Counted from the first letter of the stretch, positions 53,968-63,624 are shown. The stretch is 64,000 bases of DNA from an uncultured Gemmatimonadaceae bacterium (GCA_963829055.1 CAWHHI010000016.1:768001-832000), one strand, 5' to 3'. Program-made: numbers and translations. The notes: generated by a model from the sequence alone, not told the origin.

Positions 53968-55371
53968 TCATTTCCCCTCGATCAGGGGAATCAATCTTTC
54001 CAGCCGCGTTCCGCGAGAGCCCTTCAACAAGATCACCGCGTCAGGCGCCAACCGGGGTGCGAGGGCTGGCCACACCTCGGGCGCGTCGGCCGCGGTCACC
54101 ACTCTCGGATCGTTCGGCGCGGCGTTCAGGAGAGCGCGAGCGAACTCCCCGATGCCCGCTATAATGTGCGCCGGCCCGGACAACGCGAGCCTCGCGATCT
54201 CGTCGTGCAACGCCGGCCCCGCAGCGCCTAACTCCAGCATCGATCCCAGAATCGCCACGCGCTGTCGCGTCGTATCCAACGACGCCAGCATTCGGAGCGA
54301 TTCCCGCGCAGACGCCGGGTTCGCGTTGTACGCATCGTTGATCACCGTACGCGCGCCCATCTGCACCCAGGCGCTGCGCATTGGCAGCACTGGCGTGCGC
54401 GCGATGCCGGCGGCGGCATCCTCCATCGAGACTCCGAGTGCGCGCGCCACCGCGACGGCGAGCATGGCATTTCGGAGGTTGTGCTCTCCTCGGAGCGGCG
54501 GCTTCACCTCGACGTCGCCGAATCGAAGCACGCCCGCACCGTCGGGCGAGATGGTCCACGCGTCGGGCTTCAGGTCACCGGCGTCGAGACCGGCCGACAT
54601 CGTCGCTCGCGCCCGATCGCGCGCGGCACCACCGATCTCCGGCTGTCCCGCGGGCACGATAGCCACATCCACGCCGTCGAACACCGCGGTCTCCTCGCGC
54701 AGCACCCCCGCGAGATCGACCAGTCCCTCGAGATGCTCCTCGCCGATGGATGTAACCACGGCGACGTCCGGCTCGGCGAGCGCTCGCAGCGCCGCGACCT
54801 CCCCCGGATGATTCGTGCCGATCTCCACGACGGCCACGTCCGCCTCATCAGGAATCGCGAGCAGCGTGAGCGGGACGCCGACGTGATTGTTCAGATTTCC
54901 GCGCGTCGCGTACACCGCGAGCCGAGTTCCGAGCGCAGCGCTCGTCAATTCCTTCGTGCTCGTCTTTCCATTGGAGCCTGCGATCGCGACGACGGTCTTG
55001 CCCCAGGCACGACGCCGGTAGCGCCCGAGCAGGCCTAACGCGATCGTCGTGTCCGCCACGACGAACACCGGCACGCCGAGTTGTGCCGCGACAGTCGCGT
55101 CGCTCACGACGACAGCGGAAGCGCCCTTCTTCACCGCCTCGGCGACAAACGTGTGTGCGTCGAAGCGCTCGCCGCGGAGCGCGACGAACAACTCGCCGGG
55201 CGCCACAGTACGTGTGTCAGTGTTCACCGCGGACAGCGCCGTGGATCCGCGGGGAGCCGGCGTCACGGACACGTCCGCGAGCGCGTCCGCGACACGGTCG
55301 AGCGTCCAGAATATCGCGTTCGGGGTGGATTGCGACGTGCCGCTCAGAGGACCTGCCACGACGTGAGTCAC
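53968..55371 (-). CDS. murF: UDP-MurNAc-tripeptide--D-Ala-D-Ala ligase
   Basis: TDTR, GERFDAH, GSNGKTSTKE, NNHVGVP, NDAYNANP, MLELG, LKGSRG. Confidence 0.96.
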   Translation of the reverse strand: MTHVVAGPLSGTSQSTPNAIFWTLDRVADALADVSVTPAPRGSTALSAVNTDTRTVAPGELFVALRGERFDAHTFVAEAVKKGASAVVVSDATVAAQLGVPVFVVADTTIALGLLGRYRRRAWGKTVVAIAGSNGKTSTKELTSAALGTRLAVYATRGNLNNHVGVPLTLLAIPDEADVAVVEIGTNHPGEVAALRALAEPDVAVVTSIGEEHLEGLVDLAGVLREETAVFDGVDVAIVPAGQPEIGGAARDRARATMSAGLDAGDLKPDAWTISPDGAGVLRFGDVEVKPPLRGEHNLRNAMLAVAVARALGVSMEDAAAGIARTPVLPMRSAWVQMGARTVINDAYNANPASARESLRMLASLDTTRQRVAILGSMLELGAAGPALHDEIARLALSGPAHIIAGIGEFARALLNAAPNDPRVVTAADAPEVWPALAPRLAPDAVILLKGSRGTRLERLIPLIEGK

Positions 55372-55375
55372 GCGC

Positions 55376-56854
55376 TCAGGATCGGATCGGTGAATCGGGA
55401 GCGAGCTCGCGGACGATCTCGCGCTCGTCGAATGGATACGCGATCGTCCCGCGAATCTGGTACGTCTCGTGGCCCTTTCCGGCGAGGACGACGACGTCGT
55501 CGGGCGCGGCAATGGTCAGCGCGCGCGCGATGGCGTCGTGCCGGTCGGTGATGCGCTCGTGATTTGCGCCGTGCATTCCCGCTTCGATGTCGTCGATGAT
55601 GCGGTCCGGGTCCTCGGTCCGCGGATTGTCGCTCGTCACGATCGCGAGATCCGCGAGCCGCTCGGCGATTCCGCCCATCACCGGCCGCTTGCCGCGATCT
55701 CGGTCACCGCCGCAGCCGAACACCACGATCAGTCGGCGCTCCGCGAATGGACGCACGGCGAGCAGAGCGCGCTCGAGTGCGTCGGGCGTGTGAGCGTAAT
55801 CGCGAAGGACCGTCGGGCGCTCGTAGACGCGTTCGAGGCGACCGGGTACCTGCGGGAGTGTCGAGAGGCGCTGGGCGATGACGTCCACGCTCAGGCCTAA
55901 CGCCCATGCCGCCGCGGCGGCGCCGAGCGCGTTGGCGACGTTGAAATCACCAACGAGCGGCAGACGAACCGCCGACGCGGCGCCGCCCGCCTCGAGTGTC
56001 CACTCGCTACCGCGCGGAGTGTACCGGACGTCCGATGCACACATGTCGGCATCGTGCCCCGCGAGCGAGAAGTGCACCTGGCGCGGCACACGCGCCAGCA
56101 CTTTCCACGCGTCGTCGTCGGCGTTGACTACCGCGGCCCCTCCCGGCGCGAGGTAGTCGATCAGTCGCGCCTTCGCCGCGACGTACGCTTCCATCGTGCC
56201 GTGATAGTCGAGATGGTCGCGCGTTAGGTTCGTGAACACGGCAGCCGCGAACTCGAGGCCGTCGACGCGACGCTGATCGAGGCTGTGCGACGACACCTCC
56301 ATCGCCACGCTCGTGACGCCGGCGTCGACGAGCGCGCGCAGGACGCGCTGCAGCTCGATCGGGCCGGGCGTCGTGAGGCCACCGCCTCCCTGCTGCGCCG
56401 TCCCTTCACTGCCGACGAGCACGCCGAGCGTTCCGATCGACGCGCTTCGTCCAGCGCGGTCCTCGTCGAGCAGGTGGCGGAGAATCCCGACCGTCGTGGT
56501 CTTCCCGTTCGTGCCGGTGACACCCACGAGCCTCAGCTTCGCTCCGGGCTCACCATAAGCCGCTGCGGCTGCGATCGGCGCCGCACGGCGCGCATCGCGC
56601 ACGACGAACGACGGGAGAGTCGTCCGAGATGCGTCTTCGACAATCGTTGCGCCCGCGCGGTCAGCGATCGCCGCGAGAAAGTCGTGTCCGTCGCGCGCGG
56701 TGCCACGCACGGCAACGAACAGCGCGCCCGGCGTCACCTGGCGGCTGTCGTCGGTGATACCGGTGAGCTGTCCGGGCAGCCTCCCACGAACCTCGACCAG
56801 CAATCCGGCTCGCTCGAGCGCTTCCTGCACGAGGTGCGACGCGAAGGTCGTCAT
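55376..56854 (-). CDS. murE: UDP-MurNAc-dipeptide--meso-diaminopimelate ligase
   Basis: DDSR, GTNGKTT, LTTP, MEVSSH, DYAHTPD, DNPR (DAP-type), GKGHE. Confidence 0.97.
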   Translation of the reverse strand: MTTFASHLVQEALERAGLLVEVRGRLPGQLTGITDDSRQVTPGALFVAVRGTARDGHDFLAAIADRAGATIVEDASRTTLPSFVVRDARRAAPIAAAAAYGEPGAKLRLVGVTGTNGKTTTVGILRHLLDEDRAGRSASIGTLGVLVGSEGTAQQGGGGLTTPGPIELQRVLRALVDAGVTSVAMEVSSHSLDQRRVDGLEFAAAVFTNLTRDHLDYHGTMEAYVAAKARLIDYLAPGGAAVVNADDDAWKVLARVPRQVHFSLAGHDADMCASDVRYTPRGSEWTLEAGGAASAVRLPLVGDFNVANALGAAAAAWALGLSVDVIAQRLSTLPQVPGRLERVYERPTVLRDYAHTPDALERALLAVRPFAERRLIVVFGCGGDRDRGKRPVMGGIAERLADLAIVTSDNPRTEDPDRIIDDIEAGMHGANHERITDRHDAIARALTIAAPDDVVVLAGKGHETYQIRGTIAYPFDEREIVRELAPDSPIRS

Positions 56855-56864
56855 CGCGTCTGGC

Positions 56865-58884
56865 TCATCGTGGCTGATACAGCCGGACAATGGAGCCGGT
56901 GCGAAGCGACGTGCCCGCCTCCGGCGCCGTGCCTGGCGCGCCCGCGACGACCTGCACGCGGAATCCCGATTCGTGCAACGAGAGCACCGCCGCGCGCAGC
57001 GGGAGACCACTGACGTCCGGGATGGGTCGCAGGCGAATCGGCGCCGCGGGCGCGCGCTGACGCTCCGTGAGGCTTACCACGAACGGCACGCTCGCGCGCT
57101 CGCCGGGATCCCGGAGCGAGTCGCTGCTTACTTCATCGACCAAGCCGGCGGCGACCGTGATCTGTCGCGGCTTCTGCGTATCGGCGGCCGCTTTCGGACC
57201 GCTGTCGCGCGACGCGAACACGGGCTCCGTCCGGCGCCGCGTTAGGGCGTTCCGATCGATGGCTGCGTCGCGCGCCGCGATGGCCGCTTCGAGAACCACT
57301 TTGGACACCGGTGCCGCTGTCTTTCCGCCGTAGTACGATCCCTTCGGGTTGTCGAGCTTCACCAGAATCACGTACTGTGGGTTCTCCGCGGGGAACAGAC
57401 CGACGAACGAGGCTGTGTACGAGCCGGCGACGTACCGCCCGTTCGACATGCCGCGCGAGGTTCCGCTCTTTCCGCTGACTCCGAACGTCGTCATCTCGGC
57501 GTCCTTCGCCGTGCCGCTGTCCACGACCGCCGTGAGCAACGCGCGAAGCTGGGCGGCGCCCTGCGGCGTGAGCACTCGACGCACGACGCGGCGGCCCGGC
57601 GAGTAGACCACACGTCCATCCAGATCCCGCACCTCTTTTATCAGCTGGGGCTCGAGGAGCTCTCCGCCGTTCGCGATCGATGCGTACGCGAGCGCGAGCT
57701 GCAGCGGCGTCACGGAGATCTCGTAGCCCATGGCGAGCGACGCTGGCGACTGCTTGGACCAGCGGCTCGGCGGCCGAAGCGTTCCCGCCGCTTCGCCGGG
57801 ATACGGTACACCGGTGGGCGTGCCGAAACCGAAATCGCGCAGCGATTCGTACTGCTCACGCGGCGTGAGGCGCTCGGCGAAACGCGCGATGCCCGACGTT
57901 GCTCGAGAAGCGAATCACATCCGCGAGCGACAGACGCGGCGCCGCGTGAATGTCGTGAATCGTGCGGCCGAACGTCTTGTACGAGCCGTTGTACGTCTCG
58001 ATCACTTCATCTACCCGGGCCTTGCCGCGAGCGAGCAGCGCCGCCGCCGTGAATGGCTTGAGCGTGGACCCTGGTTGATACGGCTCGTTGATCGCAGTCG
58101 CGGAGCTCGCGAGCGGATCTCGGCGGCGCGACGCCATCGCGCGAATCTCGCCGGTGTTGGGATCGAGCACGACGATGTCGCCACCGTCCGCGCTCATGCT
58201 CGAAACGGCGTTGCCGAGCGCCTGGTCGGCGATCGACTGCAGGCTGCTGTTGATGGTCAGCGAGACGGTGTGCCCGGGCAGCGCGTCCGCGCTCAACTCG
58301 TCAGGCGACTCGAATCGGCGGCCACGCACGTCCTTCACCAGCGAGACCGTGCCTTTCGTGCCGCGGAGCAGGCTGTCGAGCACCAACTCGATGCCGTCGG
58401 TTCCTTCGCCCTGCGGATTCGCGTGGCCGATGATCCGCTGCGCGCCGCCACTCGCCAAGTAAACGCGTTCACCGACAGGCGCCGCATACACTCCGCGCAT
58501 GGAGATGATCGACGCTACGTCACTCGGCACGAAGCTGCCGGGCAGTTGCACCCATTTCCGCTTCGGATCGTTCAGGCGCGTGAGCCAGGACGCATCGAGG
58601 CCAATGCGTTTGAGCTCGCGCGCGAGCTTTTTCGGATCGCGAATTTCTGGCGTCGCGATGCTGATCTGCACGCGCTCGCGGCTTTCCGCGAGCGGGACGC
58701 CCGAGGCGTCGAGAATCAGCCCGCGCGGTGCCGGAATGGACGACGCGGCTACGTGCTGGCGCGTCGCCTTCGCCTGCCATTGTTTGCCCTGCCAGACCTG
58801 GACCTGCGCGGCGCGCACGATGATGGCCGCGGCAAAGACGCCGAGCGCCAGGTGGACCACGGCGATTCGCTTAGTTTGGAGCAT
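56865..58884 (-). CDS. ftsI: Class B penicillin-binding protein FtsI with a C-terminal PASTA-like domain (frameshift near 57893)
   Basis: RGLILD, PGSTLKP (SxxK), SSNVG (SxN), GKSGT (KTG-like); the halves join if one base of the run at 57892-57894 is removed. Confidence 0.94.
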
Positions 58885-59221
58885 TGCGCGGCGGCAGCGA
58901 AGCGTCTTTTCTCTGGATCACGATGACCTGACTGTCACTCGGCATTCGAAGCCGCAGCCGCTGCTCGACCAGCGGCGTGAGCTTGTCTCGACTCGCGGCC
59001 TCACGGATCTCGCGTTCCAACTGCGCCCGTTGCGCCCGGAGATCCATGCGCTGGCGTTCGAGCTGCTGTACCAGACGTGACTGCGAGTGACCGAACGAGC
59101 GTCTCCAGATGACGCTCGTCGCCACGAGGACGAAACCAAAAAGTGTGAGCGCGACCACGGAACGACCCCGGCGTCGCGTCACGCTGCCGCCACCTCTCCT
59201 GGCTACTGCGCGCTTCGCCAT
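58871..59221 (-). CDS. ftsL: Cell division protein FtsL-like
   Basis: Basic N-terminus, single TM, coiled coil; lies between rsmH and ftsI. Confidence 0.8.
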   Translation of the reverse strand: MAKRAVARRGGGSVTRRRGRSVVALTLFGFVLVATSVIWRRSFGHSQSRLVQQLERQRMDLRAQRAQLEREIREAASRDKLTPLVEQRLRLRMPSDSQVIVIQRKDASLPPRNAPN

Positions 59222-60168
59222 GCTCGGAGCCTCGCGCTGCGCGACCGTGGATTGCGGCTGGCTTCCTCGGGTGATGCGGTGACCGACTTTCGCGTCACGA
59301 GCGTTCCCAGTGCGTGACCGCGACAGGTACACATCGGCTGACGCGGAGGGCAGATGCAGCTGGCACTCCAGTCGCGGAAGGCGTTCTTCACGACTCGATC
59401 CTCGCCCGAGTGATACGCGATCACGGCGAACGTGCCGCCAGGATTGAGTCTGTCGCGGAGCGAGTCCAGCGCGCGTTCGAGGCCCCCGATCTCGTCGTTG
59501 ACGGCGATACGCACCGCCTGAAACAGCCGCGCGAAATCGGCGGGACCTGTGCGCGGCCCGAGTGCGCCTCTGATCGCGCCGACGAGATCATCGCTCGTGA
59601 CGAACGGCCGGTTGCCGCGACGACGTACAATCTCGCGCGCGAGTCGCATCGCGCGATGCTCGTCGGCGTATTCACGGAAGATCGACGCGAGCTCCACTTC
59701 GTCGGCGGTGGACAGCAACGTCGCGGCATCGCTCGTGGCGTCGGTACCCATGCGCATGTCGAGCGGCACGCCTTCTCGAAACGAGAAGCCGCGCGCGGGA
59801 TCATCGAGTTGATGCGACGACACGCCGAGATCCAGAAGGATGCCATCGAACCTCACGCCATCGAGCGCAGGAATCGCGTCGAGATCGGCGTAGTTGCCCA
59901 ACAGCGCGCGGAACCTGCCTTCGCTCTGGTAGGTTGCCAGACGACGCTCCGCGGCACCGATAGCTTCGGGATCGCGATCGATCGCGGTGACATCCGCCCC
60001 GGTCGCGAGCAAGGCCAACGAGTGACCGCCACCACCAAGAGTGCCGTCGAGAATCGACCGCCCACCGGAGAAAAGGGCGACGACTTCGTCGGCCAGTACC
60101 GGTGCGTGGTACGTGCTATCCCATGGCCCGACAGTCGACTCGGGAAGGGTCATGTTACTGACAGCCAT
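59203..60168 (-). CDS. rsmH: 16S rRNA m4C1402 methyltransferase
   Basis: HAPVL, DGTLGGGGHS, LDLGVSS, PLDMRM, FQAVRIAVN, NPRSRSARLR. Confidence 0.97.
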   Translation of the reverse strand: MAVSNMTLPESTVGPWDSTYHAPVLADEVVALFSGGRSILDGTLGGGGHSLALLATGADVTAIDRDPEAIGAAERRLATYQSEGRFRALLGNYADLDAIPALDGVRFDGILLDLGVSSHQLDDPARGFSFREGVPLDMRMGTDATSDAATLLSTADEVELASIFREYADEHRAMRLAREIVRRRGNRPFVTSDDLVGAIRGALGPRTGPADFARLFQAVRIAVNDEIGGLERALDSLRDRLNPGGTFAVIAYHSGEDRVVKNAFRDWSASCICPPRQPMCTCRGHALGTLVTRKSVTASPEEASRNPRSRSARLRAWRSAQ

Positions 60169-60323
60169 TCGACCAGATCAAGCGCCAGATGCCTCCGTAG
60201 GGCCGGTAAGGCCGTGGCCGGTTTTTCGCGTACCTCGACAGCAATGACAACGGCAGATATAACGGCGGCATCGAGGTCGAGGTGGACATTTGCCCCTAAC
60301 GATAAGGTAGCCAACAAGACGCG

Positions 60324-61320
60324 ATGAATGACCGAAGGCGCGGCCAACGCTCGAAGATTGCGGAGCGGCGAACGACCGCGATACGACCCGGGGCACAAGC
60401 CCGGTCGCGACGACACATTGCGATCGTGGTGCACGGTGCGCGTGCGGAATTTCCCGGCCTGCGTCATCTCGTCGAGTGGATGCGAGCGAAGGGTCACAGG
60501 GTGCGTGCTCGGGTGACGTGGGAGTCGGGCGACGGGGCGATGTTCGCGCGCGAGGCCATCGAGGCGGGCGCGGACACCGTTGTCGCCTGCGGCGGCGACG
60601 GCATGGTCAACGAGGTCGTGAATGGACTCGAGGGCACTGACGTCGGACTGGGAATCATTCCGGCCGGAACCGCAAACGATTTCGCGCGACAGGTCGGGAT
60701 CCCCGACGACCCGAGCGCCGCGATGGACATCGTGCTCCGACGAAAGCCGGTGATCATCGATACCGCCGCGATGAACGGCCGCCGATTTCTGAATGTCTCG
60801 TCGGGTGGTATCGGTGCCGAAGCAACCGCCGAGACACCGGCGGACGCGAAGGCGTCGCTCGGCGCCGTCGCGTACTTCATCTCGGGGTTGCGCAAGCTCG
60901 CGGGCTTCGAGCCACGGCGGGCGCTGTTCGAGGCGCCGGGGTTTCGCGTCGAGATGGACTTCCTCCTGTTCGCGGTTGGCAACGCGCGCGCGACAGGTGG
61001 TGGCACGCTGGTCACGCCACGCGCGAGCGTGCGCGACGGCTTGCTCGACGTCTGCATCATTGGCGCGATGCCGAGGAAGGAGTTCGCGACGCTGGTGCTG
61101 CGAGTAAAGCGTGGTGAGCATCTCGAGGCGGACGGTGTTCGCTACATGCAGGTACCGTGGTTTCAGATCACGTCAGACGAACCGATGACGGTGAACGTCG
61201 ATGGCGAGCCCGCAGAGGTGCGCGCAGGTGCGATATGAATCGCGGCCGCGGGATCTGTTGATTCACCTCCCGCGCCTGCCTGGGCATCGTCGCTCGGTCG
61301 AGCGTGATGTGCCTGGTTGA
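60324..61320 (+). CDS. YegS/BmrU (DAGK-like) lipid kinase; probable frameshift near 61224
   Basis: ACGGDGMVNEVVNG, PAGTANDFAR, FLN, DGLLDV, NVDGE; the shifted frame continues QVRYESRPRDLLIHLP to TGA at 61320. Confidence 0.9.
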
Positions 61321-61353
61321 GAGTCGGGGTGCTGATCCGAAGGTCGTTGATGA

Positions 61354-61390
61354 CGAAGCGCCCGCCGTCGAAAAGACGGCGGGCGCTTCG
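61354..61390. terminator. Perfect 16-bp hairpin between convergent genes
   Basis: CGAAGCGCCCGCCGTC-GAAAA-GACGGCGGGCGCTTCG; no long U-tract. Confidence 0.65.
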
Positions 61391-61413
61391 CGTTAGGTCC
61401 AATGTCGTGTGGG

Positions 61414-63141
61414 CTATTTGCCCTTACAGAGCGCCTTCACCATCTGGTCGCCGTACGGCGAAAGTTGCTGCAGAGCGCCCATCAGCTTTCCGGCTTCGTC
61501 CTTGAACTGCTGGGCGCCGCGCGGAATGAAGATCTGGGCCTGCGTGAAGTCGTCGGTCGCTTCCTTGGCCATGTCGCAGCTCTTCTTGTCACGTGCCTGC
61601 TCGAGGAGCGCCTGGCCCTTCTGCAGGTGCGTTGCCCCCTGCAGGAACGCGGCGGCCGGCGTCTGCTGCACGCTATCGCTGAACGCGAGTAGTGTCAGAG
61701 CGCGTCTGAACCCTTCGATATCCTTCGGCGTGGCCGCTGCGGCCTTCTTCGATTCCGCCTGCCCGAGCCCGGTCGCGTAGGTGGCGACCAAGCCAGCCGA
61801 GTCGCCAGCCGCGATCGCACTGCGCAGGGACTTCAGAACGGTATCGGGCGGTGCGCCAGCGTCGGACTGTGCCCGCGCGATCGGCAGCCAGATACCCTGG
61901 ATCTTCGGGTTGACGGCCAGAATTCCCTTGGCCTGTTCGATCGCCTGCGCGGTCTGCCCGGTCTGAATGAGCAGCTGCACATAGGTCGACGCGATGCCCA
62001 TGTTGTTCGGGAACTTCGCGCGTCCCTTGGCGAGCGTCTCCGCCGCCTTCTGGAACTGGCTGTCCGCGGCGTACCCAGCCGCCTGACGCATGAAGAACGT
62101 GGTGTCCGCCGACGCCGTGTCGAGCTTCACCATCTCTTCTCCGATGCCGAGCCCGCCCTTCACGTCCTTGGCCGCGAAGTGCACGAGCCACTGGAGCTTC
62201 ACGAGCGAGGCGTCACCGGGGTTGTTCTTGACGGCGTCGTCGACGATCGGCAACGCGAGCGACGCGCGACCGCTGCCGGCGAGCACGTTCACGACCTGCG
62301 CCTGGAGGCGCGTGTTGTTCGGGTCAAGCGAGATGAGGCGCGTCAGCGCTTCGATCTGCTTGTCCTCCATCTTCTTCTCGGCGTACGCGTCGGCCGCAAA
62401 GGCGAGCGCACGCTTGTTGTCCTTGTGGATGTTCAGGATCTGCTCGCTGATCGCGATCATGGAGTCCGCACCGAGCTTCTGCTCGTTGTAGACCTCCGCG
62501 ATGCAGACGCGAGGCATGACCGCGTTTGGATACGCGGCGATCCCCTTGCGAGCTTCGGCGATCGCACCAGCGTAGTTCTTGGCGCGAGACAGCTCGATGC
62601 ACTTCTTCGCCGGGTCGACCTGCTTACGCGCAGCTTCGACGGCGTTCGAGATCGGCTTCGCCGCGTCTGACACTTTCGCGACGTCAACGGGCGGCAATGG
62701 CTGCACCATGCCGTCCGGCCGAATCAGCTGCATGTTCGCGGTGACGCGATAGCCCGTGGGCGTCTTCTCGACGGTGCCTTCGACGTATTCCTCCGCTCGC
62801 AGCAGTTGCGCGAGCGCCCGAGCGTCGTTGGAGCTGAGCGCTTCGGTGGTCGAGTAGCCCGAGTTCACCAGAGTCGTCATGATGTCGGACTTGGGAACGA
62901 TCCAGAGCGTCTTGAGCTGAAAGTCCTGGCCCATTCGCTCGCGGACCGCTTCCGCGGCCTGAAGTCCGAGTCCGCGCTCACTGCTGCGGAACGTCGGCAC
63001 CATGAATCTGGGACCTGCCGTCTGGCCACGTTGCAACGTCTGCGTCTGCGCATTGACCGTCGCGAACGCACCACTGGCCACTGCACCTATGAACAACCCC
63101 ATCAACGTTCGCGCGTGGCGTTGCCGTGCCTTCACAGTCAT
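61414..63141 (-). CDS. Secreted TPR-repeat protein
   Basis: GGAGGAG RBS before ATG 63141; signal peptide ...VNAQ; repeated helical TPR-like units (AYPN, LDPNN, NNPGD, KFPNN, VNPK). Confidence 0.8.
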   Translation of the reverse strand: MTVKARQRHARTLMGLFIGAVASGAFATVNAQTQTLQRGQTAGPRFMVPTFRSSERGLGLQAAEAVRERMGQDFQLKTLWIVPKSDIMTTLVNSGYSTTEALSSNDARALAQLLRAEEYVEGTVEKTPTGYRVTANMQLIRPDGMVQPLPPVDVAKVSDAAKPISNAVEAARKQVDPAKKCIELSRAKNYAGAIAEARKGIAAYPNAVMPRVCIAEVYNEQKLGADSMIAISEQILNIHKDNKRALAFAADAYAEKKMEDKQIEALTRLISLDPNNTRLQAQVVNVLAGSGRASLALPIVDDAVKNNPGDASLVKLQWLVHFAAKDVKGGLGIGEEMVKLDTASADTTFFMRQAAGYAADSQFQKAAETLAKGRAKFPNNMGIASTYVQLLIQTGQTAQAIEQAKGILAVNPKIQGIWLPIARAQSDAGAPPDTVLKSLRSAIAAGDSAGLVATYATGLGQAESKKAAAATPKDIEGFRRALTLLAFSDSVQQTPAAAFLQGATHLQKGQALLEQARDKKSCDMAKEATDDFTQAQIFIPRGAQQFKDEAGKLMGALQQLSPYGDQMVKALCKGK

Positions 63142-63243
63142 CTCCTCCGAAACGTTGAACATGGTACCCCCCACCCGGATCACAGGGTCCAGCGTTTACG
63201 AGCACTACTCTGGCGTTTCACTCGCGGTCCAGTCGCATTCCCA

Positions 63244-63317
63244 TGGGCGAAGAGGGACTCGAACCCCCGACATCCTGCGTGTAAGGCAGGCGCTCTAACC
63301 AACTGAGCTATTCGCCC
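63244..63317 (-). tRNA. tRNA-Val (anticodon TAC), CCA not encoded
   Basis: GGGCGAATAGCTCAGTTGGTTAGAGCGCCTGCCTTACACGCAGGATGTCGGGGGTTCGAGTCCCTCTTCGCCCA folds into a cloverleaf. Confidence 0.97.
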
Positions 63318-63412
63318 GCACCTGGCCGCACGCACCTGACTACGACCAAAACGCAATCGCTCTGCCAGCGGCTCCGCGAATCGCTGGCAGGGCAAGAAAA
63401 TGACCAATTCTA

Positions 63413-63583
63413 TTACTTCAGAATCGCCAGCGGGACGAGTACGCAGTACCCGATTACGAGCAGGATCGGCGCGAGCGTTTCGCCCCCGCGAGCCAGATCG
63501 ATATACCCTGCGAGCAGCGTTGCGGCGGCGATCCCCCAGAGGATCAACGGCCGCGACCGTGGAGTGGGTTTTGTGTGGGCCAT
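63413..63583 (-). CDS. Small two-TM membrane protein, 56 aa, absent from the ORF track (DUF3098-like C-terminus)
   Basis: MAHTKPTPRSRPLILWGIAAATLLAGYIDLARGGETLAPILLVIGYCVLVPLAILK*, translated by hand. Confidence 0.75.
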   Translation of the reverse strand: MAHTKPTPRSRPLILWGIAAATLLAGYIDLARGGETLAPILLVIGYCVLVPLAILK

Positions 63584-63595
63584 AATGATCGAAGG

Positions 63596-63624
63596 AGTCT
63601 ACGAGCCACCCGAAATCATGTCAA
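63596..63624 (-). promoter_or_regulatory. Sigma70-type promoter
   Basis: TTGACA - 17 nt - TAGACT on the minus strand, 12 nt upstream of ATG 63583. Confidence 0.75.

Noticed and set aside
5333..58884. hprK, mutase, comEC and ftsI as pseudogenes
   Set aside because: Each has one indel with both halves intact, and ftsI is essential; sequencing error is more parsimonious.
2086..61398. GTTAGGC/GCCTAAC as integron attC core sites (GTTRRRY/RYYYAAC)
   Set aside because: The sites are single, lie inside housekeeping genes, are not paired into attC hairpins, and there is no integrase or cassette array. The resemblance to telomeric TTAGG repeats was also dismissed because the copies are never tandem.
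128..63306. Many long plus-strand ORFs antisense to known genes (e.g. 909..2090, 9141..10502, 45408..46991)
   Set aside because: Shadow ORFs expected in high-GC DNA; no recognisable motifs, and they overlap well-supported minus-strand genes.
63244..63317. tRNA-Val as the integration site of a genomic island
   Set aside because: No integrase, no duplicated tRNA 3' end and no compositional shift downstream within the window.
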